Virus record (IMG/VR): IMGVR_UViG_3300012923_000001
Coordinates: 6,389 to 70,388 of that record
Strand: one strand, 5' to 3'
Source: a virus
Length of the DNA: 64,000 bases
The translations under genes and the position numbers were made by a program. The notes under the pieces are model-generated. The model was not told the origin of the DNA. It did not search any database and saw only the letters and a list, made by a program, of their open reading frames with translations. Shown in pieces: positions 1 to 10,056 of the stretch; position 1 is the stretch's first letter, and every line of letters begins with the position of its first letter.

Positions 1-1351
1 CATCGGTGTTGCTCCCACGACGAAAGTTGGCAGGCAGCGCCGGCGCACAGTAGTGATCTGTGATGAGTTTCAGGCATGGCCGCAAGGAGGCTTTCCTCAA
101 CACCAGGCTTTGTCTCAAACGGCAAAGTCTTTGATAGCTATCGGCACGCCAGAGGGCCGGTTTAATAAATATTCCGATCTTGTTCATGACAACGTTACGC
201 CAACATTTGAAATTGATTGGCGTGAGCATCCTTGGAAAGATGAGCGATGGTACAACTCTCTTCCGTTTGGAATCCTCTGCCCGGCAATGACCCCGGAAGA
301 TATCGCGCAAGAGATTGACCAAAGCTTTGATGCGTCTCAGCCGGGCCGAGTGATTAAGAACTGTCAAGAGGAATACTGTTTTATTACATGGAGTGAACTG
401 GTCGCAGGTTTTGAGGCTTACAATCTAGGGCATCATTTCAGATCGGCGGATGGCCGCTATAAGATTCCCGATGAGTGGAACTGGGGCCGCGTGGCGGATT
501 ACGGTGAGAGTGCTCGTGCCGAAAACGATACCCATATTTGGGCTTATTGTATCTTAGGGCGACCACAGCAAGCATTTCCATTCACTGATTCAATCTTTTT
601 CTTTGGCGCATTGCCAATAATGCCTATCGGGGCTACCGAGCTAGAGGGGTTTGCGTTTTACAGCCAACTCGAACGGGAATTGGGGGTTCGCGGAGATCGT
701 GCATTCCGTCGCTTGCCCACTTTGAACGATATGTCTCATGAGGCGACCGATCCTAAAGAAGTGCTAAGAGACAAGTGCGGTGATAACTGGAATATTCCAG
801 ATTTGGATTTTGATAAAGGCCGTCGCAAACTTATCTTTCACTTCGCCATCGTGGATCAGCATCTTCAGAATCCTTTCCGCCCACAACTGATGGGCCGCAG
901 CCGGATTTACTTCGTTGCGCCGAACTCAGAATATTTCATGGCGCATAATGAACGGACGGATTCCTATTTTGTTACGCCATCGCAAACCCAGCGCGGATTC
1001 AAGCGATTACGAGCCGAGATTCCTGCATGGCACTATCCGCCAGAAGAGAGAGGCAAACCAGTTCCAAAGATGCGTCCCAAGGCGATCTTTGATGATGTGA
1101 TTACTACTGTCCGGTACGCATTAGCGCGATGGGGCGTAACCGCCGCTCCGTTGAATGAAGCACAGAAGGTAGAAAAAGCATTGCCAGTGCCGTTAAAGAG
1201 CATTACAATCGCGGCTGAGATCGATCCAATGAAGAAGGCTAAACTTCTAACCGCGCAGCAAATCAAGATCAAGGGCATTCAGAAGCAAATGAACAAACCC
1301 AAGACCCGCAACGTGATGAGTCGTTATCGACAGTTTAGACAAGGAAACTAA
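1..1351 (+). CDS. terL: Terminase large subunit, 5'-truncated by the window
   Basis: Frame is open from base 2 (IGVAPTTKVGRQRRRTVVICDEF, Walker B-like), followed by IGTP (motif III) and RNase H-fold acidic residues (VADYG, DDVIT). Lies upstream of the portal. Confidence 0.85.
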   Translation, partial: IGVAPTTKVGRQRRRTVVICDEFQAWPQGGFPQHQALSQTAKSLIAIGTPEGRFNKYSDLVHDNVTPTFEIDWREHPWKDERWYNSLPFGILCPAMTPEDIAQEIDQSFDASQPGRVIKNCQEEYCFITWSELVAGFEAYNLGHHFRSADGRYKIPDEWNWGRVADYGESARAENDTHIWAYCILGRPQQAFPFTDSIFFFGALPIMPIGATELEGFAFYSQLERELGVRGDRAFRRLPTLNDMSHEATDPKEVLRDKCGDNWNIPDLDFDKGRRKLIFHFAIVDQHLQNPFRPQLMGRSRIYFVAPNSEYFMAHNERTDSYFVTPSQTQRGFKRLRAEIPAWHYPPEERGKPVPKMRPKAIFDDVITTVRYALARWGVTAAPLNEAQKVEKALPVPLKSITIAAEIDPMKKAKLLTAQQIKIKGIQKQMNKPKTRNVMSRYRQFRQGN

Positions 1352-1466
1352 GTTGCCAACTGCAAATCAAGTACATTGTCACGATAACGGGGTCTGTCAC
1401 CGACACCCCAATGATGGCAAGGACTATGGTTGAGGATTGAAACATGAATCCCGTGAGGATAAGCAA

Positions 1467-1706
1467 ATGCCAAGTGTAAGCCGCTCGCAAAGAATCGCTA
1501 CCGCCATAGCCGAACATCATCCCGAAGACCTCTACGCGCGAAATAAAGGATTGCTCGGTATGTCTAATTCTCAATTACACGATTTTGCTTCTACTTCTGA
1601 AAAGGGATTGCCGTACAAGAAGAAAAAGAAGAAACCGCAACCTCAGATGTCCGATGGCGCGATGTCGAACATACTTGATGGGCGGATGAGGAAGATTAAA
1701 GCGTGA
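1467..1706 (+). CDS. Small DUF3008-like protein
   Basis: MPSVSRSQRIA...MSNSQLHDFASTSEKGLP resembles the DUF3008 pattern; GAGGA precedes ATG 1467. Confidence 0.55.
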   Translation: MPSVSRSQRIATAIAEHHPEDLYARNKGLLGMSNSQLHDFASTSEKGLPYKKKKKKPQPQMSDGAMSNILDGRMRKIKA

Positions 1707-2068
1707 TCTGGCAACCCTTAATCATCACCCTCTGCATGTTCGCCGTCTACGAACTTGCACTATGGCGAGAACGCAAGAATTGGAAAATAGTCGAGCGCAG
1801 TCTCTTAATCTATATTGAAAGTCTCAAGGCGGACAAAAAGGAAGCATGGGACAGACTGTATCAGTCCAAAGGGTACGCGCCAACCGGAATTGACGTTACT
1901 GAGCAGTACGTCGAGAAGCAAGCAGAGAAAGCTGACCATGCCGATGATGTGAGGAAGAACGGTAAACCACCAATAGGCCCACTGGAAAAGTGGCAAGACA
2001 AGATGAAGAGAAAAGATCGCATTGATGCTAGTAAAGGCGTTGACCTGACGAGCACCAAGACCCATTAA
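1703..2068 (+). CDS. Hypothetical protein with N-terminal TM helix and coiled coil
   Basis: GTGA overlap with the previous gene; hydrophobic N-terminus. Confidence 0.65.
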   Translation: MIWQPLIITLCMFAVYELALWRERKNWKIVERSLLIYIESLKADKKEAWDRLYQSKGYAPTGIDVTEQYVEKQAEKADHADDVRKNGKPPIGPLEKWQDKMKRKDRIDASKGVDLTSTKTH

Positions 2069-2076
2069 TAATGGAA

Positions 2077-2679
2077 CTAAATATGAGTCCAAGTTACCCG
2101 CCGGATTATTTCCCCTATCGATGTTTGCGAAACCTTGAAAATGGCTCCGATCTCCGCTTGCGTCAGTTTATGACCACTATACAATCGGCGAATCTCTTGT
2201 ACGTTACTTTCAGTAAGCTTGGCTCCGGCACGAGCAGAGCCTTTAGCCATCTTATCAGGATGCTCTTTGAACCATCGCCCAATGTTGTAGCGACGATGGC
2301 GATAATCAGGATCGGTATAAAGAGCGTGGCGTTTCTTCGCGACCATGTCTGTCATGTTGTCTGCGTGACTACCAGCGAACAGGTGATCAGGGTTACAACA
2401 AGGCGGATTATCGCATCTGTGGCACGCGTTAGCGGGAGCCCACACACCTGTAGCGAGATAGAGCGCAAGGCGATGCGCCTTGACCAGTCGGGTTTTGCTG
2501 ACTTGGAATTTCGGGTAGTTCTTCTTTGGATCTGTTTTAGGGTTAAGTTTTCGCCAGAAATATACCCATTCCCAGCAATCACCATTCGGGCCTTGGCCCA
2601 GCGACCTGTTTATGTGGCTCTGAAAACGAACGATGTCTTGTTTTGTGAGAACGGGCGGTATAGGATCTGGATTAGGCAT
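2077..2679 (-). CDS. Free-standing HNH homing endonuclease with C-terminal HTH (cassette 1)
   Basis: CWEW...KAHRLA...CHRCDNPPCCNPDHLFAGSHADNMTDM and AKLTESNVQEIRR...TQAEIG...W.H; ATG 2679 preceded by GAAAGGA. Confidence 0.9.
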   Translation of the reverse strand: MPNPDPIPPVLTKQDIVRFQSHINRSLGQGPNGDCWEWVYFWRKLNPKTDPKKNYPKFQVSKTRLVKAHRLALYLATGVWAPANACHRCDNPPCCNPDHLFAGSHADNMTDMVAKKRHALYTDPDYRHRRYNIGRWFKEHPDKMAKGSARAGAKLTESNVQEIRRLYSGHKLTQAEIGAIFKVSQTSIGEIIRRVTWTHI

Positions 2680-2710
2680 GTCGTGAAAGAGTTCCTTTCC
2701 GATGTGATTA

Positions 2711-2760
2711 GGCTCGAACGAACGTTTACGCGTCTGTTCGAGCCGTCTTGTATTATAGCA
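2711..2760 (-). promoter_or_regulatory. Extended -10 promoter and 5' leader hairpin of HNH cassette 1
   Basis: TGCTATAAT at 2760-2752; 9-bp inverted repeat GGCTCGAAC/GTTCGAGCC at 2711-2719/2736-2744. Confidence 0.7.
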
Positions 2761-2773
2761 TAGTAGCATAGCT

Positions 2774-5407
2774 ATGAATTCACCCAAACCGGCACTTGAG
2801 TTTGAGCAGTGGCTCCTAAAACTGGCCCGTGACTACGCCGCGATCTCTAAACGTGGCGAGGACTTGAGAACGCAAACTAGCATATCCTTGCATCGTAGGT
2901 TTCGGGGGATCTCACTTGCCGATCAAGTAGGTTTCTTTGTTCCGCAAGGTACCGGTGCCTGGCGTGGAGACAATCCTGACGATGAAGTGCCGCCACTTAA
3001 ATTCATTAATATCGTCAAGCCCACGGTCAAAAATAACATGTCGGCTTTATCCTCTGCACGGGTGGCGGTAAAGAACGAAGCGGCAAATAAACAGCCCACA
3101 CTCCGAGGTGCTGCAAATGTCTGTGATGGATTAGTCAGATACTTTGACGAAGACGAGTCTCATTGGTCAGGGACGTTACAGTCTCGCATCTTCCAGATGG
3201 GCCAAACGGGTTACGGTTATTTTGTTCAATCTCGCCATAACCCTGACAAACCATCCGATCAGGTTCACACTCACGAATGGAGTGAGGCACAGGAACCGAT
3301 GCCGGGTGAGTACGCCTGTCAATGTGGGGCGGGTGGGCCATTCGATCACAAAATGAATGAAGGCGATGAACCGCCGGAGCAAATACCTTGTCCGAAATGT
3401 GGTAAGCCAGCGGAGATCATCAAACCCACTGAACTAGCTACGATCCCTCGCCCCGGCCAAGCCGAATCATTTAATCCCGGTGATAGCGAGACGAATGTAT
3501 CGTCCTGTTTTGAGCACCGAATTGATGAACGGAAGAGCCAGGCTGGCAACCTTCGCGCGGCGCAGTGGTTTGAGCATCATTATCTAATTACCGAAGAAGA
3601 AAAAGATCGAGACTTTCCGGGGATCGAATTCGGAGCAGCCGGAGAGTGGTGTTATGCGCTGAAATGGAAGTGGGCACTGGAAAGTGGTGAAGATTGCTTT
3701 GCTCGTGGCTATCAGATTTCGGAAGATTGGCGTACTCGCTACGAGCGTCGGGATATTTACGTTTTACCCGACGAGTACAGCACTCGCGTTGAACCACAAG
3801 ATTATGAAATGAAGGACGCGGATGGGAAGGTGGTTTTCTCGATCAAGCGGGGCGAGAAGATGGCCGATAAGTGTCCGCAGGGGTTTTGTTTCACGGTCAT
3901 CGGAGAAAAGATTGCCCCTTATCATCGCAAGGTGGATTTTAGAGATGAATGGTCGTATGGATGTTACATGCCCGATGCTCATTCATTCTGGGGCCAGCCA
4001 TTAGTTGAGTTGCTTCAAATTCAAGACGATTGGACAACGCTCTACACGGTACAAATCCAGCATCTTGAGCGCAATTCGATTAACCAGATTACCTACAACA
4101 ATCAGATGTACGATGCAAACGCTTGGGAGCAAGATTTAGTCCCGACGGCTGAAGGCGTTACGCAGGAACAAGACATTGGTTGGTATTTCAAAGAGGTTCA
4201 AGCGTTACCGCTTACCGGCGTCACCCAAGGCTTAGAATTTCTATTCAAACTACTTCCCTACACCGGCGGTGCTCCCCCTGAATCTATTGGTACACGACCA
4301 CCGGGCTCCGATCCCTACCACGCCCAACTTCTAAGGAAGCAGCAAGCGTTAGGCCAGCTTCAGCCGCCCGCGGAATCGGGAGCTAACTGTAAAGTCTCAT
4401 ACATGCGGAATCATTTTAAGATCGCTCAGAAGACATGGCCCGAAGAAAGGTTTGAATATCTCCGTACTCGTTATGGAGAAGAGTGGAAGGATGATGATAT
4501 TGACGCATTTCTTGAGTGCAATATTGACCGTGATGTAATAACCAGCTTTGAAGAAGGGTCTGAGGTTCCCACCGATCTAATTGAACGACGGATCGAGATG
4601 GAAAACGTGATTAATAAATACTTTGAGGCGAAAATGCCTCCTCCTCCTGAAGTCATGCGACAGTATTTTGAGGTCATGGGAATTGATTACGACATGGGCG
4701 GAATTGAGTCAGACGAAAGACTGGCGGATGCTCGCTATGAAAAGATTCGTACAGGTCTAAAGATATTTACTAAACAAGGTGTGTCGAATCAGCCTACTAT
4801 TTCCGTTGACCCTGAAACTCAACAACCCGTACCGGGGCCGTCCATGTTAATCCAAAGAGTCATGTCGCATCCGGGGTTAGAAGTGAAGGACGGAGAAAGC
4901 CATCAAGTTCATATTGATTATTACGTTGCTAAAGAAAAGGCTTTGATGGCCGACGAAATGCCGAACATGGACTTGATCCAGTGTCTTGATATTGAGATAG
5001 ATCGCCATAAGAAGGCTTTGGTATCCTCTGAACAGGAAAAGAGCGCCATGACTGTGGCCGCGCAAGCTCCAGCATTAGCAGCGCAGCAGGCGGCCCAGAC
5101 TACACAGAGCGGTCAATCGCAGGCCGATCCTCAAGCCGAAGCCGCACAGGCTCAGCAACAACAGCAAACGGAGGCCGAGAATCAGTCTCGCCAAGCCGCT
5201 GACGAGCATGGACGGGCTCTTCAGTTAGAAGCATTGAAACAGGCTCATGAGCATTCCAAGATCGACAAAGAGCATAACCACAAATCCTCGCTTGAGGCGA
5301 TGAAGCTTGCTTCTCAGGAGCGGCTTGCGATTCATGCTGCCGCTCAACAAGCACTTGCCGCCAAGGATGCCGCAAAGCAAAAACCGACACAATCCAAAGC
5401 CGCGTAG
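2774..5407 (+). CDS. Portal protein (P22-like) with zinc-ribbon insertion
   Basis: 877 aa between terL and scaffold/capsid; INIVKPTV and FWGQPLVELLQIQD portal-type segments; Gln/Ala-rich C-terminal tail; CQC...CPKC insertion. Confidence 0.8.
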   Translation: MNSPKPALEFEQWLLKLARDYAAISKRGEDLRTQTSISLHRRFRGISLADQVGFFVPQGTGAWRGDNPDDEVPPLKFINIVKPTVKNNMSALSSARVAVKNEAANKQPTLRGAANVCDGLVRYFDEDESHWSGTLQSRIFQMGQTGYGYFVQSRHNPDKPSDQVHTHEWSEAQEPMPGEYACQCGAGGPFDHKMNEGDEPPEQIPCPKCGKPAEIIKPTELATIPRPGQAESFNPGDSETNVSSCFEHRIDERKSQAGNLRAAQWFEHHYLITEEEKDRDFPGIEFGAAGEWCYALKWKWALESGEDCFARGYQISEDWRTRYERRDIYVLPDEYSTRVEPQDYEMKDADGKVVFSIKRGEKMADKCPQGFCFTVIGEKIAPYHRKVDFRDEWSYGCYMPDAHSFWGQPLVELLQIQDDWTTLYTVQIQHLERNSINQITYNNQMYDANAWEQDLVPTAEGVTQEQDIGWYFKEVQALPLTGVTQGLEFLFKLLPYTGGAPPESIGTRPPGSDPYHAQLLRKQQALGQLQPPAESGANCKVSYMRNHFKIAQKTWPEERFEYLRTRYGEEWKDDDIDAFLECNIDRDVITSFEEGSEVPTDLIERRIEMENVINKYFEAKMPPPPEVMRQYFEVMGIDYDMGGIESDERLADARYEKIRTGLKIFTKQGVSNQPTISVDPETQQPVPGPSMLIQRVMSHPGLEVKDGESHQVHIDYYVAKEKALMADEMPNMDLIQCLDIEIDRHKKALVSSEQEKSAMTVAAQAPALAAQQAAQTTQSGQSQADPQAEAAQAQQQQQTEAENQSRQAADEHGRALQLEALKQAHEHSKIDKEHNHKSSLEAMKLASQERLAIHAAAQQALAAKDAAKQKPTQSKAA

Positions 5408-5427
5408 TTTCAATCTGACATTTTCTC

Positions 5428-5456
5428 TTGACGTATAGGATACACATACTTATAGT
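5428..5456 (+). promoter_or_regulatory. Sigma70-type promoter, near-leaderless, for scaffold/capsid
   Basis: TTGACG-17-TATAGT; ATG 8 nt after the -10 box, no SD. Confidence 0.75.
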
Positions 5457-5464
5457 ATGTCCCG

Positions 5465-6904
5465 ATGAGTCAAGAACTCGAAAGCTCGGCACCTGCATCT
5501 GTGTCGAGCGATACAGCACCCGCCGCAGTAAGTGACACAGCCGCCGCCGCTTCGCCGTCTACGGACGCCGCAGAGACGCTGCCTGATCGATCTACTGAGG
5601 CCGCTGCTTCTGGTGATGCAAACGCAGATATTCGTCGTTTGGATCAAGAGCTTGATGATAACATTCTGAAAGCTCATGAACCCGACGAACCGCCTGAACC
5701 TGTAAAACCTGAACCCGTAAAACCTACAGACGACGCACTTGTTGAGGTCGAAGAGGAGACTGAAGAGGCCGATCTGCTGGCCGAACAAAGCGCGCCGCGT
5801 ACTCTTGAAGATTTCAGCAAATTGTATCCCCGTGTTCCGGCTCCAGCTCGAGAGGAACTTGCTCGAATTGAAGCGGAAGCGTGGAAACAGAAGGCTGAGA
5901 TTGAATCAATTGGTGGAACGGTTGGAGTCGAGATTGCCAAAACGATGATACCGGCACTCTTGAATGCTAACCCTGGCGAGAAGGAAGCAAACGACACTTT
6001 TCAAACCTTGACGGACACAAATCCGGTCTTGGCTCTGGGAATGTCGCGCAGCTTACTTTTCCACGCCATCGAGGAAGAGGCAATTGATCCGGCAACGGGA
6101 CTACCTACAAACATTGCAACTGGAAATGCTTTAATTCAGTCACGATGGGAAGGGTATGACGTTGAAAAGCTCGACAAGCTTGTGAAGTACGATCAGGCCG
6201 GGCTGTTGGATCATGAAGAACTCGAAAAAGAGTCGCAACTGTATATGAATGCCAATCCTCAAGTCTTGAAAGAATTAGAAGAGACGAAGGGGCGGCTGGC
6301 TGCTATCGAGGAACGGGACAAGGCTACTCAGGCTGAGGCGCAAACGAACGCTCGCGCAGAAGAACAAAAGCACCTTGACCGCGCTACTGATCACGTATCA
6401 AAGCAAGTCATGTCCGCTGTTATTCCTATCGCTGAGCATTATGGTTGGACTGCAACTACGGAAGAATTAAACTCGAAAGACCCTGCAGTAAAACAACTGG
6501 CAGAGTCTAAGATCGCAATGGGGAAAATGCTGACCGCTTACATGAATTCTGAGATGAAGAAACTGCCCGAATGGTCGGCGGTCGAACATCTTGGCAAGAC
6601 TAAGCAGGCGTTTACCGAAGACGGCCAACTTCGCCACATCTTCACCGATAACAGCGGGAGACTTGTTACCAAGCTTCTCGCTGACTTCAAAGGGATGGTG
6701 CGAATTTTGAATCCGACCTTTGCGAAATCGTTCGGTTCTACCCGTGCAGCCAAACTAAAAGAAACCACCAGAAGCGGCCACGCCGAAACTCAGATTCCTG
6801 CTGTCAAGAAAACTGAAGAGAACGGAAAGAAGGGCGACTTCAATGCCGCTATTGCCGATCTCGACAGTGAATACGACAAATCGATGACGCAGGCGCGAGC
6901 CTAA
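5465..6904 (+). CDS. Capsid scaffolding protein
   Basis: Acidic low-complexity N-terminus and coiled coil; position between portal and capsid. Confidence 0.65.
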   Translation: MSQELESSAPASVSSDTAPAAVSDTAAAASPSTDAAETLPDRSTEAAASGDANADIRRLDQELDDNILKAHEPDEPPEPVKPEPVKPTDDALVEVEEETEEADLLAEQSAPRTLEDFSKLYPRVPAPAREELARIEAEAWKQKAEIESIGGTVGVEIAKTMIPALLNANPGEKEANDTFQTLTDTNPVLALGMSRSLLFHAIEEEAIDPATGLPTNIATGNALIQSRWEGYDVEKLDKLVKYDQAGLLDHEELEKESQLYMNANPQVLKELEETKGRLAAIEERDKATQAEAQTNARAEEQKHLDRATDHVSKQVMSAVIPIAEHYGWTATTEELNSKDPAVKQLAESKIAMGKMLTAYMNSEMKKLPEWSAVEHLGKTKQAFTEDGQLRHIFTDNSGRLVTKLLADFKGMVRILNPTFAKSFGSTRAAKLKETTRSGHAETQIPAVKKTEENGKKGDFNAAIADLDSEYDKSMTQARA

Positions 6905-6931
6905 GCCCAAGGCCGATAGGAGACACCTATC

Positions 6932-8236
6932 ATGCCGTTAGATGCTGCCAATCAGGTAGTCAAAGCCCAACGTGTGTATACCGAAGGGATTTATGACGCC
7001 TACGCAAAGAAACCCGACTTCCTCAAGTTCTTCGAGACAAAGACTGAGGATGTTCCTGTCAATTATCTTGGCCGTCAAGTAACCGTCGAAACTGGCCCTA
7101 ACCCATCATTCGCAATGGGTAATCCTGATGGTGGCGACTTCGCCACTCCGGGCAACCCGACTCTCGATAACCTGACCCTTACTTATCAATGGGCCAACGG
7201 AGGTTTCGAGCAGACGCTTGCCGCGATGATGAACAACAACAAGGAGACCGTTGACGATCCGTTCAAGCGGGCCGTGAAGTCTTCTGCTAAGCAGTTTTCT
7301 CAGTGGTTGAATTACTACGTCTCGGCAGGAAACGGTATTAGCGGCTTGGCTACTGCCAGTGCGAGCTACTCCGGTGGTTCACCGACTGTATTTGTTGCTA
7401 ACGGAGCAACGGACAGTTTTGGGGCCACGCGCGTTGTGCCTTTGCAGTATGGATTCATCTACGATCCGACCGGCACGACCCAAAGGGTAGGCACCGTCGG
7501 TACGGGTGTCTTGAGAATTGCCAGCAAGACCAAAACCACCATCACGTTCACGACTAACTTGCCTTCCGATTACGTCACAGGCGACATCTTCGTTCCTGAA
7601 GGTGGCAATCAGGTAGGTTTCAAAGGTCTACCTTACCTGACTCGTAATTCAGGTAGCTTGTTCAACAAGTCCCTGACTTCAGTGCCGTCGCTTCAGTCGC
7701 AGGTGATTACGGTTTCGGGCGCGCTGACGGCGGCGTCCATCCTTCAACTGTACGCACAGATGGCACAGGTCACGAACGCGGATGACTCAGGGGCGACAGA
7801 TTGGATCACAATCTGCTTCGCAATGGCCCAGTGGTATAACTACGTTTCACTGACTACTGTGTCTCCAACGTTCATGCACACTTCGGCGGGGCGGCCCGGC
7901 GCTGATGTTGGCGCGCAGAGTCTTCAGTCAACGTGGTTCGGCGCGCCAATGCGCCGGTTCCTGCAACTGCGAGGGGATGAGCTGTACATGCTCTCGTTGA
8001 CCAACCCTGAAGATGGCGGGAAGGCGTTCGCATCCGCTGTACTCAAGAAGGTGGGCCAGATACTTCCGGGAATGCCTGCGAGTGATTGGGTGCAAGCGAT
8101 CAACGGCACGACTTCGAGTTACCGCACGGCGAGGCAGCAATTTCTTGATTTTGCTGGTGACTTCTATTGCCGCACACCCTTTTCTCAGGGGGTGTTGCGG
8201 GCGCTTTCGATGCCGACGGCGATGCAGAAGAGCTAA
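6932..8236 (+). CDS. Major capsid protein
   Basis: 434 aa, AGGAG SD, follows the scaffold; beta-rich insertion then GFKGL motif; followed by a strong hairpin. Confidence 0.75.
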   Translation: MPLDAANQVVKAQRVYTEGIYDAYAKKPDFLKFFETKTEDVPVNYLGRQVTVETGPNPSFAMGNPDGGDFATPGNPTLDNLTLTYQWANGGFEQTLAAMMNNNKETVDDPFKRAVKSSAKQFSQWLNYYVSAGNGISGLATASASYSGGSPTVFVANGATDSFGATRVVPLQYGFIYDPTGTTQRVGTVGTGVLRIASKTKTTITFTTNLPSDYVTGDIFVPEGGNQVGFKGLPYLTRNSGSLFNKSLTSVPSLQSQVITVSGALTAASILQLYAQMAQVTNADDSGATDWITICFAMAQWYNYVSLTTVSPTFMHTSAGRPGADVGAQSLQSTWFGAPMRRFLQLRGDELYMLSLTNPEDGGKAFASAVLKKVGQILPGMPASDWVQAINGTTSSYRTARQQFLDFAGDFYCRTPFSQGVLRALSMPTAMQKS

Positions 8237-8274
8237 CAATCGGCCTTGTCTCCTACGAGACTTGGTTGCCATAG

Positions 8275-8310
8275 GGTTGGGGCGGTGAGTCCCCCCTCGC
8301 TGCCCTGACC
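8275..8310 (+). terminator. Long hairpin after the capsid gene (terminator or stability element)
   Basis: GGTTGGGGCGGTGAG/CTCGCTGCCCTGACC stem with G-U pairs; short T run downstream. Confidence 0.55.
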
Positions 8311-8319
8311 GCAACTTTT

Positions 8320-8988
8320 ATGGATAACTTCACTCAACCAAAGTACGTCAAGGCCAGATCGCCCGCGCCTAGTAAGCCTGACTTCTTTGATCGGTCTTTG
8401 ACGTTAATGGTAGGGACGAATCTCTACGCCGATCCGTTATTGCAAGTCGGATGGAGCCATGACTTACGGATGTTCCGTAATGGTAATCCAGAGGCGATCA
8501 AATACCCAGGATGGGCATGTTGGGTGCTAGAGAAATATGTTCCGCCCTCGTTCTTTGAACCCAAATTGGAGTGGGAGAACCGCCGCTATCGCAGAGTCAA
8601 TGGGAAAAAGATTGACATGCTTGGCGAGTTTCCAAACGGACGTACCTCGGCAAACTACATCATGGCGACCCCTTTAGCGAATCCTGACGGTACGGCGGTA
8701 ACACTTGGAAGCGATGTGTTGCTATGGATTGACATACACAAGGATCAGCTTCTCCATCGCGTTCCGAGCGCCTATGAAAGCCTCGCAGCCTACAGCGATC
8801 TTCAAGATGCAATGCTGAAAGAAGAAGAGAAGATGTGGGCCGAAATGGACGAGGAGACGGCTGATTGGGATGACTACATTTCAACCCATGAAGATCAAAT
8901 TAATCGCAATCCCGAATTCACATTTCCAACGGGAATTGTAAAACCACATTCGTCGCTTTGGACGCCCGATGGGGAGCGGCCAATCTAA
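8320..8988 (+). CDS. Hypothetical protein (morphogenesis module)
   Basis: 222-aa ORF in the operon. Confidence 0.65.
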   Translation: MDNFTQPKYVKARSPAPSKPDFFDRSLTLMVGTNLYADPLLQVGWSHDLRMFRNGNPEAIKYPGWACWVLEKYVPPSFFEPKLEWENRRYRRVNGKKIDMLGEFPNGRTSANYIMATPLANPDGTAVTLGSDVLLWIDIHKDQLLHRVPSAYESLAAYSDLQDAMLKEEEKMWAEMDEETADWDDYISTHEDQINRNPEFTFPTGIVKPHSSLWTPDGERPI

Positions 8989-9003
8989 GGAAGGGACAAA
9001 CAC

Positions 9004-10020
9004 ATGCAGGAAATTTACGAAGGTTCATTAGCGCAAAGTGTCGCAGCATCGGGAGTGACGGGCATCGATCCAAGGCGCAGACGGTTTGGTTATTCGCCTG
9101 GTATTTTCCAGATGCAACTCGATCCAATTCAATCAGGTCAACAACAAGCCGTAATGCCTGCTGGCGTGCCAATTCCATTTCGTACCGTTGTCGGTAAAAT
9201 GGAGGAGAATTTCGATATCGCCGTTTCAGTTGATGAATACCAGAAGCAAGTGTACCGAGACGCGCTGGCGACGTTCTTCATTGCTAACGTCAAGACTAGC
9301 TATGAGGAGTTTGGGTTTCGAGAACTAAGCTCTCTGACGATGTTGGATGATCCTGAGCGCGAGCCGTCAAAGGAAAAGAGAGATGGAACGGTCGTGCCAG
9401 GTAATATCATTCCTGCAAGTTACGCCAAAAGTGCGCAGAGGTATTTCAACGCCTTGCATCCGTCGTTTGCGGAGGTCAGCTATGAATGTTCTCAAGGACT
9501 CGATCAGTGCTGCACTTGTCGAGCGTGGTTACTTGGAATCGAATTCAATGCGAGCGGCGAGACTTCAGAAGTTGAAATGTCGGAAGTAATGCAAGCACGC
9601 ATTGCTAAGCTTCCTGATCAGAAGATCGCTGAACGGTTAAGACAGCAACTTATTGAATCCAACATTGCTTATCACCAATTCTGCATGTGGAAGTGGGCGT
9701 TGGTTACAGGTGAGTTGGAAAAGAAGCACACCACGGGTGAAGCAGGGATTTCTCACTTGTCGGTTGCGGAACATCACGTGCGCCGACACATTCATGCAGT
9801 TGCACCGTCTGAGCAGGCTGCGTTGGCCGCGTCGAACTTTGGCGCTGAAGTGGCCGAAGCTAATAGTAAGGGTATGAGCGAACTGGCCCAAGCGTTTCGT
9901 GAAAGCAAGCCCGGTGCAAATGACGACGTACTGAAAGCTGTTGTAGAAACCCAGCGCCAGCAAGCTGAAATTCTCAGTAAAATTGCCGATGCGGTCTTAA
10001 AAGATAAGACCACCGATTAA
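9004..10020 (+). CDS. Hypothetical protein
   Basis: 338-aa ORF with SD; C..C.C cluster. Confidence 0.7.
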   Translation: MQEIYEGSLAQSVAASGVTGIDPRRRRFGYSPGIFQMQLDPIQSGQQQAVMPAGVPIPFRTVVGKMEENFDIAVSVDEYQKQVYRDALATFFIANVKTSYEEFGFRELSSLTMLDDPEREPSKEKRDGTVVPGNIIPASYAKSAQRYFNALHPSFAEVSYECSQGLDQCCTCRAWLLGIEFNASGETSEVEMSEVMQARIAKLPDQKIAERLRQQLIESNIAYHQFCMWKWALVTGELEKKHTTGEAGISHLSVAEHHVRRHIHAVAPSEQAALAASNFGAEVAEANSKGMSELAQAFRESKPGANDDVLKAVVETQRQQAEILSKIADAVLKDKTTD

Positions 10021-10056
10021 CTTAGACTTGTGCCTGAAAAGAGAGGAGAGCACAAA

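Noticed and set aside
2077-2760. HNH plus upstream RNA as an IscB/HEARO (OMEGA) element
   Set aside because: No RuvC or PLMP motifs; the leaders are under 100 nt and show no guide match.
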